DNA of 64,000 nt from an uncultured Mollicutes bacterium (GTDB lineage: Bacteria > Bacillota_I > Bacilli_A > RF39 > UBA660), in contig URRF01000002.1 in the NCBI GenBank assembly GCA_900550145.1, forward strand, positions 5,228 to 69,227, read 5' to 3'. Positions 28,630 to 37,220 of the stretch are shown here, piece after piece; the first letter of the stretch is position 1; each line of letters opens with the position of its first letter. Below the pieces are notes generated by a model, which was not told the origin of the DNA, did not search any database, and saw nothing but the letters and a program-made list of their open reading frames with translations. The position numbers and the translations under genes were made by a program.

Positions 28630-30946
28630 GAATGTAGCGGGTGATAGTATGAATAACAAATTTATATATAATGAGATTGCCATAAATGATTTAAAAAATT
28701 GTATTAATATTGCAATATCTTATGCAAACGAAATAAAAGAAAACATATCTTCTATAAATAATTTATTATCTTATATTAATATAAATAATAATATCTCAAG
28801 CTATTTAAATAATCTTAATAATGAATTAGATAGAATTTATAATATTCCAAAAGTAATAAACGAATGGGAATTTATTATATTAATTTCAAATGGTGATTTC
28901 AAATCAAAACTAAAAAGTTGGATACTAAATGGAGAAGTGACATGTGAAGATTTAGTAAATATGTCAGATTCCTATATGAAGGTCTTAGTAGCTATTAATG
29001 GTAACGACTACTATACGCAACTAAAAGAAATACAAAATCCATATGAAGCTTTAAAAGAAGCAGGAATGAATGAAGAATATTTAAATAAACTAAATGAGGC
29101 ATTCATAGAAAAACTAGTAGATGAAGATTTAATGTATACTGGTAAAGGTGTTGCTTATATGGCATATTCCTTTACTGGTCTTTTAGCAATGTTTGGTTTA
29201 GCACTTGATTATAATTTGGGTGGAAATTATGATAGCAAAGGAAAACATGGATTCTATCTAGGAAATAGTAAAGATAGCAATATGCTTGGAACATTAGACT
29301 GTAATAACTATTACGATTGGTTATGTAGATGTGTAGGAATTACTGGAGATAATAGTGGATATAGAGCAGTAGAAAAATATAAAAGAGGTGTAGATGGAAT
29401 AACACAAGAAGATAGAATTCAAGTAAATAGCAGTTCGCCAAATTATAAAACTGGTAATTCTGGAGACATAATGAACAATGAAAGACACATGATAGTTATT
29501 CTTGAAAATACAGGTAAAGGATACTGGATTTCAGAAGAATCTGCTTGTGCAAGAATACAATATCTTACATATGAAGAATGTGCTAAAAAAGGGTACTTAC
29601 TTAATGATATGAGTGCATTATATAGAAATACAAGTAAATCCCAAAGCAGAGCACAATATCAAGATAATAACTATATACCACCAGAAGTATACAAAAATTA
29701 TTTTGGAAATTTAAAAGAAGAAACAATGACTAAATTAATTGCACAATATAACAAGAGAAATTTAGCCAATTTTGATAAACAAACTATAATTAATATATTA
29801 AATAATGGTTACGATGATGGTTCAAATAGAATTACAAATATTTCAACACTACCTAATACAAACTATAATTATGATTTAAGATATGCACTTGATAACATTG
29901 ACAATATTGACTTTGATTCAGCGTGGGATAATAGTATCATGATAAATGTAATAGATGAAAAAACAAAAAATGCAATTGGCTCTTATCCTATAGATGAATA
30001 TGTAGCAGGAGTAATATTAGGTGAATCAGTAGCTAGAATGTATTATGAAGGATATTACGAAGGAAAAAACAATAATGGACAAGTTGCTACTGATGAAGAA
30101 ATGCTTGCATCAATGATGGCATTCGCAGTTTTAGCAAGATCATATGGAATTGCACAAACAGTTGAATCTCCTAGACACGCACAAGATCATAAAATAGAAG
30201 CTGGTTCTTCTAAACAATGGTTTAACGCTTCCCGTTTAAAAGGAAATGGAGAAAGAACTGCAGATGCAGAAACTGTACAAAAATGGGCAAAACTAGCCAA
30301 ATTAGCAGCATATCTAACATCAGGAAAAGTATTATCTTTAGATGGAGATAAAGTTACAAATGCAGGATATGGTTCAGGCAAACAGCATGAACTTATACAA
30401 TATGCAATAAATAATCACGAAACAGATTACACTAAAATACTAGAAAATTGTTATTCAAATGAAGATTATAAATGGGTAAAAGCAGGTACTGAAGTATATA
30501 ATTATAATTATTCTACTGAATCTATAAATAATAAATATAACAGTGTTGAAAGAATAGATGTAAAAGAACCACAAAACAACAATAATAATGAAACAATAAA
30601 AACAGGAAATACAAATAAAAATACCGAAACTACAAAAGAAATACCAAAAAAAGAAGACATAATAATAGAAGTACCAAAACCAAATCCAATAAATGTGTTA
30701 CCAGAAAATCTATTTAGTGATATAGTACCACCTCTAAAAGAAGGAAAACTAGGATATATGGAAATAAGTAATAAACACGTAATGTATGAATTAACAAATA
30801 TAAAAGAAACAGCATACAACAGTTACATATCATTACTTGAACAAAATGGCTTTACATTTAATGGAGAAGCATTTGTAAAAGAAAATTATATAGTTAACTT
30901 AAAATATGATAATAATACACTTTCATTAACAATAAATATAGTTTGA
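28622..30946 (+). CDS. multidomain cell-wall hydrolase-like protein: papain-like (NlpC/P60 or CHAP-type) Cys/His segment plus SpoIID/LytB-like domain; no signal peptide
   Basis: LDCNNYYDWLC ... GDIMNNERHMIVILENTGKGYWISE resembles a C40-type catalytic Cys/His pair. EYVAGVILGESVARMYYEGYY...MMAFAVLARSYG matches the SpoIID/LytB signature. No N-terminal hydrophobic signal. Confidence 0.45.
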   Translation: MYKNVAGDSMNNKFIYNEIAINDLKNCINIAISYANEIKENISSINNLLSYININNNISSYLNNLNNELDRIYNIPKVINEWEFIILISNGDFKSKLKSWILNGEVTCEDLVNMSDSYMKVLVAINGNDYYTQLKEIQNPYEALKEAGMNEEYLNKLNEAFIEKLVDEDLMYTGKGVAYMAYSFTGLLAMFGLALDYNLGGNYDSKGKHGFYLGNSKDSNMLGTLDCNNYYDWLCRCVGITGDNSGYRAVEKYKRGVDGITQEDRIQVNSSSPNYKTGNSGDIMNNERHMIVILENTGKGYWISEESACARIQYLTYEECAKKGYLLNDMSALYRNTSKSQSRAQYQDNNYIPPEVYKNYFGNLKEETMTKLIAQYNKRNLANFDKQTIINILNNGYDDGSNRITNISTLPNTNYNYDLRYALDNIDNIDFDSAWDNSIMINVIDEKTKNAIGSYPIDEYVAGVILGESVARMYYEGYYEGKNNNGQVATDEEMLASMMAFAVLARSYGIAQTVESPRHAQDHKIEAGSSKQWFNASRLKGNGERTADAETVQKWAKLAKLAAYLTSGKVLSLDGDKVTNAGYGSGKQHELIQYAINNHETDYTKILENCYSNEDYKWVKAGTEVYNYNYSTESINNKYNSVERIDVKEPQNNNNNETIKTGNTNKNTETTKEIPKKEDIIIEVPKPNPINVLPENLFSDIVPPLKEGKLGYMEISNKHVMYELTNIKETAYNSYISLLEQNGFTFNGEAFVKENYIVNLKYDNNTLSLTINIV

Positions 30947-31009
30947 CATTTATAACAAAAGATAATATACTATACTTAAATTGAGATTATTAGTAGTTTA
31001 ATAATTTGA

Positions 31010-31165
31010 AATATAGAGATTTAGTGGGGATGGAAACTAAACAAATTATTAAATGAAATACTTATCAATCCCTAATCGGGTTAAAGATTAAAAGTGCATA
31101 GAATCTATGAACTAAGGTGGTACCGTTCAAATGAACCCTTAGATTATAGATTTTTTATTTTTTAT
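31010..31165 (+). promoter_or_regulatory. T-box riboswitch leader (probable Tyr) upstream of the dUTPase-like ORF and tyrS
   Basis: Contains the same AACUAAGGUGGUACCG T-box and terminator module (about 55-nt near-identity to the leuS leader) plus a U-run. A UAC/UAU-containing putative specifier region lies upstream. Confidence 0.6.
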
Positions 31166-31178
31166 AGGAGTTGTTAAT

Positions 31179-31655
31179 ATGTGGGAAGATATATTGAAAA
31201 GAAATACAAAAATAGACGAAATATTTATTAAAAAATACGAAGATAATGAACCAAATTACTTCGAAAAAAACTGTCTTAGTTTAATAACTGAAATAGCAGA
31301 GTTTTTAAACGAAACAAAATGTTTCAAATATTGGTCTATAAAAAATCCCGATAAAGATAAACTAAAAGAAGAATATGCAGATGCATTAATAATGACACTA
31401 TCGATGTTTAATTATTTAAATATAAATTTAGAGTTAGTCGAACATTCAAAAACAAGTAACATATTAGAAATATTTAATTAACTATTTAAAGATGCATCTA
31501 ATATAATGAATAAAAATATATTAAGTGTAAAAAAAGTGTTTTCAAATTTAATATACATATCAACACTACTAAATATAACTGAAGAAGAAATAAAAGATGC
31601 ATGCTATAAAAAACAAGAAATAGTAGAAAAAAGATTATCAGACGATAATTACTAG
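31179..31655 (+). pseudogene. dimeric dUTPase (YncF/YosS, dUTPase_2 family) interrupted by an in-frame TAA at 31479-31481
   Basis: LNETKCFKYWS...EEYADALI core motif. The frame continues after the TAA for 58 more codons, ending in a TEEEIKDACYKKQEI... family-like C-terminus. It ends at the tyrS RBS. Confidence 0.55.
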
Positions 31656-31663
31656 GAGGAATT

Positions 31664-32893
31664 ATGAAATTATTTGAAGAATTAAAATGGAGAGGTTTAA
31701 TAAAAGATATAGCAGGAGATGACTTAGAACATATCCTAAACGATAAAAAAATTACATTTTACTGGGGAACAGATCCAACAGCAGACAGCTTGCATTTAGG
31801 ACATTACTCATCATTACTTACTGCAAAAAGATTATCAAATTATGGACATCATCCAATACTTTTAGTAGGAGGCGCAACTGGTTTAATAGGAGATCCTAGA
31901 CCAACAGCAGAAAGAGAAATAATGAATAAAGATGTCCTAAAAAACAACTTAGAAGGTATAAAAAAACAAGTAGATAAAATATTTGATGGGAAAGCAGAAA
32001 TAGTTAACAACTATGATTGGATTAAAGACATGAATTATATTGATTTCCTAAGAGATGTAGGTAAATATATAAATGTAAACTATATGCTTGCAAAAGACAT
32101 TATAAATAGAAGATTAGAAACAGGTATAACATATGCAGAATTCTCATACACATTAATTCAAGGTTATGATTTCCTACACTTATTTGAAGAAAAAAACTGT
32201 ATATTACAAGCAGAGGGTTCCGATCAATGGGGCAATATAACAACTGGACTTGATTTAATTAAGAAAAAAACAGGAAAAGATGCATATGGATTTACAATGC
32301 CACTTGTACTTGATTCCCACGGGAATAAATTTGGCAAATCAGAAGGAAATGCATTATGGTTAGACATAAACAAAACATCATCATATGATTTGTACCAATA
32401 CCTAATAAATACAGAAGATAGCATGTGTGAATCATATTTAAAAATATTTACATTTCTAAATCCAGAAGAAATAATGGAATTAATGAATAAACACAATGAA
32501 AATCCACATCTAAGGTTAGCACAAAAAACATTAGCAAAAGAAATAATAACTGATTTGCACGGAAAAGAAGAATATGAAAAAGCAGAAAAAATAAGTCAAG
32601 TATTATTTAGTGGAAAAGTAAATGAACTTACATCAAACGAAATAGAAATTGCATTTAAAGGATTCCCTGTTTATAATGTAAACGAAAGATTAAATATAGT
32701 AGATATACTAGTTAAATATGAAATATGTTCATCAAAAAGAGAAGCAAGAGAATTTATAACAACGGGCAGTATATCAATTAATGGAAATAAAATAACAGAA
32801 TTAGATTATATAATAGACAATAACACAACAATAGATAGCAAATATGTTGTAATAAGAAAAGGAAAGAAAAAATATTTTATATTAAAATATTAG
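31664..32893 (+). CDS. tyrS: tyrosyl-tRNA synthetase
   Basis: HIGH-type motif (DSLHLGH); KMSKS-like KFGKS; C-terminal S4 domain; 409 aa. Confidence 0.95.
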   Translation: MKLFEELKWRGLIKDIAGDDLEHILNDKKITFYWGTDPTADSLHLGHYSSLLTAKRLSNYGHHPILLVGGATGLIGDPRPTAEREIMNKDVLKNNLEGIKKQVDKIFDGKAEIVNNYDWIKDMNYIDFLRDVGKYINVNYMLAKDIINRRLETGITYAEFSYTLIQGYDFLHLFEEKNCILQAEGSDQWGNITTGLDLIKKKTGKDAYGFTMPLVLDSHGNKFGKSEGNALWLDINKTSSYDLYQYLINTEDSMCESYLKIFTFLNPEEIMELMNKHNENPHLRLAQKTLAKEIITDLHGKEEYEKAEKISQVLFSGKVNELTSNEIEIAFKGFPVYNVNERLNIVDILVKYEICSSKREAREFITTGSISINGNKITELDYIIDNNTTIDSKYVVIRKGKKKYFILKY

Positions 32894-32918
32894 AGTGGTT
32901 GAATCACTCTTTTTTTTA
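32892..32918 (+). terminator. rho-independent terminator of tyrS
   Basis: AGAGTG-gttgaat-CACTCT plus T8. Confidence 0.7.
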
Positions 32919-32920
32919 AT

Positions 32921-32947
32921 AAATAAAAAGCCCCTATATATGGGCTA
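32921..32947 (-). terminator. rho-independent terminator of rlmH
   Basis: AGCCC-ctatatat-GGGCT flanked by an A-run (T-run on the minus strand). Confidence 0.55.
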
Positions 32948-32956
32948 AAACATATA

Positions 32957-33436
32957 TCATTTATGATATGTTTCATTATTAAGTATTTTATAACTTCTAT
33001 ATAATTGTTCAACAAATATCAATCTAAATAATTGATGTGGGAAAGTCATATTAGAAAATGATAATCTATAATTAGATAACTTTTTTATATCAGAAGAAAG
33101 TCCATAAGAACCACCTATTATAAAAGTTATGTCACTATTATTAACTGTTATTTTATCTATCAAATTAGCAAATTCTAATGAATTTAGTTGTTTACCTTCT
33201 ATCTCAAGTGTAATAATAAATGACTTTTTATTTAATTTTTTCTCTATTTTTTCTGCTTCTTTTTTTAAAGTTTTTTCTTTATCAAAACATTCATCATCTA
33301 ATTCAATTAATTCTATTTTCGCATATTTTGTTAATCTTTTTAAACATTCATCTATACCTTCTCTTATATATTTCTCTTTTATTTTTCCAACTGTTATTAT
33401 TGTAATCATACTTCTACTAACGAAATAATAGCACAT
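32957..33436 (-). CDS. rlmH: 23S rRNA (pseudouridine1915-N3)-methyltransferase RlmH (SPOUT)
   Basis: MITIITVGKIKEKYIREGIDEC...IIGGSYGLS...MTFPHQLFRLIFVEQLYRSYKI follows the RlmH pattern. Confidence 0.85.
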   Translation of the reverse strand: MCYYFVSRSMITIITVGKIKEKYIREGIDECLKRLTKYAKIELIELDDECFDKEKTLKKEAEKIEKKLNKKSFIITLEIEGKQLNSLEFANLIDKITVNNSDITFIIGGSYGLSSDIKKLSNYRLSFSNMTFPHQLFRLIFVEQLYRSYKILNNETYHK

Positions 33437-33642
33437 TATGATAATAAAAACTTTACTAGAAAAGATGTAGTTAATATATCATTAGATACTACAAAAGAAG
33501 ACGAGTTATTTAATTATGTTGGTTTTGAAAAAGAATATGTCCGAATGAAACATTCGGAATTAGATTATGATAGTAAGGAAAAAGATGATTTTGAATTAAG
33601 TAGATAAATGTTAAAATAGTCAACATTTATTTAAAAAATCTA

Positions 33643-33670
33643 TTGACAAATATTAAAAGTATGCTAAAAT
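33643..33670 (+). promoter_or_regulatory. sigma-A type promoter for the rel leader
   Basis: TTGACA, 16-nt spacer, TAAAAT. Confidence 0.5.
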
Positions 33671-33700
33671 TTAATTTAATTATTTTTAAGAGGAGACTGC

Positions 33701-33847
33701 ATGAAAAAAGATTCTATAATGGAATTATTAGATTTAATCAAAAAAATCAGTGCTAGGAATAAATATTATACTAACATTATTTACTCATGTTCTCTTTTAG
33801 ACTTAATTAGTAATAAGATAATAACGGTGACCGAAATTACATTATAA
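33701..33847 (+). CDS. 48-codon leader ORF upstream of rel (candidate regulatory leader peptide)
   Basis: Strong RBS (aagaggag) 8 nt upstream of the ATG. Ile/Leu-rich. Its stop lies in the loop of the hairpin at 33820-33872. Confidence 0.3.
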   Translation: MKKDSIMELLDLIKKISARNKYYTNIIYSCSLLDLISNKIITVTEITL

Positions 33848-33880
33848 TATAGTGTTTTTTGGCACCGTTATTTTATTTGT
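33820..33880 (+). promoter_or_regulatory. strong hairpin plus U-rich tract (candidate attenuator) immediately upstream of the rel RBS
   Basis: Perfect 10-bp arms AATAACGGTG / CACCGTTATT, extendable to about 15 bp, followed by TTTTATTTG. The rel RBS aggagg starts 7 nt downstream. Confidence 0.4.
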
Positions 33881-33894
33881 AGGAGGTGTTTTGA

Positions 33895-35337
33895 ATGAAT
33901 AACAGTATTACATTACAAGATTTATTGAATAAATTAAGAGAATATAATCCTGAAGAAGTAGAAATTGTTAAAAGAACTTACGAATACGCTGATACATTGC
34001 ATAAGGGGCAAATGAGACAAAGTGGCGAACCATATATTAGTCATCCATTAAATGTTGCATATATTTTGGCAGAGATGCATGCAGATAGAGATACAATATG
34101 TGCTGGACTACTTCATGATACTTTAGAAGATACAAAAGTGACTAAAGAAGAAATAGCGGAAAACTTTAACAGTGATGTCGCTAATTTAGTCGATGGAGTA
34201 ACCAAAATGAGCAAAATGAACTTTTCTTCGAAAGAAGATCAGAATTTAGCTAATACAAGAAAAATTATTACAGGGATAACAACAGACGTAAGAACAATTA
34301 TAATTAAATTGGCTGATAGACTTCATAACATGAGAACATTACAATTTAAATCGGAATTTAAGCAAAAAGAAAATGCACTTGAAACTATGGAAATATTTGT
34401 TCCACTTGCTTATTATATAGGTGCTTATAGAATAAAATCAGAGTTAGAGGATTTATCATTACAATATCTTAAACCAGATATGTATAAAAAAATAGAAGAA
34501 CGAAAATTAAGATTAGAAGAATCGAGCAATGATTGCTTAAAAGAAATGTTATATAAGATAGAAACTTTATTAAATGATAAAAACATACCTAATGAGATAA
34601 AGATAAGAACTAAAAATATTTATGGCATATATAAAAGATTAAATGAGGGTCATAAATTATCTGATATACATGATTTGTTGGCACTTAAAATAATGGTAGA
34701 TGAAGTAGAAAATTGCTATAGAACATTATATTTAATACATAATGAGTATCATCCAATAAATGATAAATTTAAAGATTATATTTGTAATCCAAAAACAAAT
34801 ATGTATCAAAGTTTGCATACAACAGTTTTTGGACCAGATGATAGATTGGTTCAAACTCAAATAAGAACTTTTGATATGGATAAGATAGCTTCATTCGGAT
34901 TATCTACATACTGGGATATAGAAAAAGGTAATGCAAGAGAAGTTATGCAAAAAGATTTAAGCGGCAAATATCAATTTTTCAATTCTTTAGTAGAAATAAA
35001 CAAAGTTTTTGGAGATAATAAAGAGTTTATAAATCAAGTTAAAAATGAACTGTTTTCAAATAAGATATATGTTTATACAACAAAAGGAGAAATAATGGAA
35101 CTTCCAAAGGGAGCTAGTGTGATAGATTTTGCTTATAAAATTCATACTGATGTTGGTAATACAATGGTGGCAGCACAAGTTAATAATGAATATGTTGATG
35201 TAATGACAGAACTAAAAAATAAAGACAGAGTAAAAATAATTACTGATGACTTATCATATGGACCAAGAGAGGATTGGGAAGATAAGGCAGTCACAACATA
35301 TGCAAAAAGAAAAATAAGAGAATTTAATAGGAGATAA
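33895..35337 (+). CDS. rel: RelA/SpoT-homolog (p)ppGpp synthetase/hydrolase, C-terminally truncated (HD + synthetase + TGS; no helical/ACT-RRM domains)
   Basis: HD motif LLHDTLEDT; synthetase motifs RLHNMRTL, KFKDYICNPKTNMYQSLHTT, IRTFDMDKIASFG; TGS segment YVYTTKGEIMELPKGASVIDFAY. 480 aa, versus about 730 for typical long Rel. Confidence 0.8.
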   Translation: MNNSITLQDLLNKLREYNPEEVEIVKRTYEYADTLHKGQMRQSGEPYISHPLNVAYILAEMHADRDTICAGLLHDTLEDTKVTKEEIAENFNSDVANLVDGVTKMSKMNFSSKEDQNLANTRKIITGITTDVRTIIIKLADRLHNMRTLQFKSEFKQKENALETMEIFVPLAYYIGAYRIKSELEDLSLQYLKPDMYKKIEERKLRLEESSNDCLKEMLYKIETLLNDKNIPNEIKIRTKNIYGIYKRLNEGHKLSDIHDLLALKIMVDEVENCYRTLYLIHNEYHPINDKFKDYICNPKTNMYQSLHTTVFGPDDRLVQTQIRTFDMDKIASFGLSTYWDIEKGNAREVMQKDLSGKYQFFNSLVEINKVFGDNKEFINQVKNELFSNKIYVYTTKGEIMELPKGASVIDFAYKIHTDVGNTMVAAQVNNEYVDVMTELKNKDRVKIITDDLSYGPREDWEDKAVTTYAKRKIREFNRR

Positions 35338-35342
35338 AAATT

Positions 35343-37163
35343 ATGCTAGATAAAATAAAAAATGATATTTTGAAAAATAAAAGAGAAATAATAGAGATTT
35401 TGTCAATAATAGAAAACAAATCTGTGGCTAGTGAAGAAATAGAATTATGTATAAAAGCATTAGGGCATAGTCAAAAATATTCTGAAAAAAAAATTAAAGT
35501 GATTTCATCATATTTGCCGATGAATTTGCCATTATATTCCTTAATAACATATGTGATAATCCCAAGATTAAACGCCGATACATGTAATTATAGGCCTTCA
35601 ACAAAAACACTTGAAATATCAAAAAAACTTCATAAATTACTCAAATTGGATTCGTATAATATAAACCTATTTGAGGGGACTAGGTTTGACTATAATAAGA
35701 ATCTTGTTAAAAATTCAGATGTAGTTATATTTATAGGCAAGCCATCTAACGCTGAGAAATTAACGAAAGAACTTTCATCAAATACACTATTTATATATTT
35801 TGGTGTTGGTCAAAACCCGGCCATTATAGCAAATGATGCCAATTTAGAACTTGCGAGTGAAAAAATTGCTGATTCTATAATGTTTAATTATGGTCAAGAT
35901 TGCGCTAAGCCAAATGTAATATTATGTAAGAGCACTATGTACCCGGAGTTTAAAAAAAAGTTATTAACTGCCATATATAATAGATTAGAACAAAAAACAA
36001 CTATAAAAAAATTGGAAGTTTTTAAGGATGTTATTAATCTCTTGATTAGAGATAAAGCATATGTAGAATTTGGAGGCAATATAAATATACCAAACCAAAC
36101 AATTGACCCTATTATTGTGACAAAAAAATTTTCTGACTTAAAATCTAATTATGATGAATATTATGCGCCGGTGTTTAGAATAATGTTATATGATAATGTT
36201 AATGATTTAAAAAAATATTTTTCAAATCAGAAATATAAAGATGAAAATATGAATATTTCTTTGTTTGGAAATTCAAGATATATTGAAAAGTTACCAGCAT
36301 CATTAGTGTTGAATAATGAAATTGTGTCTGATATAGACAATGGTTTTTGTGAATATGGAGGCTATGGTAAGAACACATCATATTTATCATATAAAGGAGT
36401 TACCATTAATAAACCATTACTTATTAATAGAGAAATTAATGATTTTTACAATAATGAAAGTTTTGTTAATTCGGCACAAAGTTTATCAAAATATAATGTT
36501 AAAAATGATACAAAATTAAAAAAAATAATGTTGAGTGAATATGAAGATAGAATTAGAACACTTTTTGGTAGTAATTTAAATTTTTCGTTTATTTTTGGTT
36601 CTTATGCAAAAAGACTCGAAAAACAAACCTCTGATGTTGATATGTTTGTATGTTTAGACGGAGAAGATAAGTTCGCTATTAATGAATTTAGAAATTGGTA
36701 TTTTAAATTTCATTATATGTATGGAAAATTTCCTGATGTTTTGTATCCGGGAGAAGTAGTAACTAGAGAAAAATTAGAAAGTATAATTGATAATAATTAT
36801 AATGTTAATTTTAATGTAATTAATGATTCTGATACGTTTGATTCATTATTTTACACCCAAATATTTACTGACAAAAAAATCAACATTATTGGGGATCAAA
36901 AAAATTTAATGGAATATGAAAAAAAATTTCAAAAATTTGTACCAGATTTTTGTGAAGCAATATTTGAAACGTTGAAAAAGAATGACAAAATTAGAGATGA
37001 TAGAGATTATATGAAGTGTTTGATTGCGTTGTCATGCAATGATCTCCTATTTTTTGGAAGAAAACTTGATTTTGAAAAAACACCACAGATGTATAATGAT
37101 ATTATTGATGAATTAGATGATGGTTTTTTGGGAAAATGTATAAAAAAAAGACAATTATTATAA
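35343..37163 (+). CDS. fusion protein: ALDH-fold domain (aldehyde dehydrogenase/acyl-CoA reductase-like) + C-terminal Pol-beta-type nucleotidyltransferase domain
   Basis: N-terminal half has PMNLP (PWNFP-like), a FGVGQNP Gly motif and MFNYGQDCAKPNV (catalytic Cys box FxNxGQxC). C-terminal half has FGSYAKRLEKQTSDVDMFV (minimal NTase hG[GS]x9-13DhD). Starts 5 nt after the rel stop. Confidence 0.55.
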   Translation: MLDKIKNDILKNKREIIEILSIIENKSVASEEIELCIKALGHSQKYSEKKIKVISSYLPMNLPLYSLITYVIIPRLNADTCNYRPSTKTLEISKKLHKLLKLDSYNINLFEGTRFDYNKNLVKNSDVVIFIGKPSNAEKLTKELSSNTLFIYFGVGQNPAIIANDANLELASEKIADSIMFNYGQDCAKPNVILCKSTMYPEFKKKLLTAIYNRLEQKTTIKKLEVFKDVINLLIRDKAYVEFGGNINIPNQTIDPIIVTKKFSDLKSNYDEYYAPVFRIMLYDNVNDLKKYFSNQKYKDENMNISLFGNSRYIEKLPASLVLNNEIVSDIDNGFCEYGGYGKNTSYLSYKGVTINKPLLINREINDFYNNESFVNSAQSLSKYNVKNDTKLKKIMLSEYEDRIRTLFGSNLNFSFIFGSYAKRLEKQTSDVDMFVCLDGEDKFAINEFRNWYFKFHYMYGKFPDVLYPGEVVTREKLESIIDNNYNVNFNVINDSDTFDSLFYTQIFTDKKINIIGDQKNLMEYEKKFQKFVPDFCEAIFETLKKNDKIRDDRDYMKCLIALSCNDLLFFGRKLDFEKTPQMYNDIIDELDDGFLGKCIKKRQLL

Positions 37164-37220
37164 TCGTTTACAACGATAAAAAAAGGTGATACAATAGCAA
37201 AAACAAAAAGGAGTGTTAAT

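Noticed and set aside
28622-30946. 774-aa protein as an LXG-type T7SS toxin with upstream WXG100-like helper proteins
   Set aside because: The upstream gene order (small helical proteins) is suggestive. But no LXG motif or N-terminal LXG-like helical domain could be recognised, and no T7SS core genes are in the window. Kept only as an open possibility in the finding.
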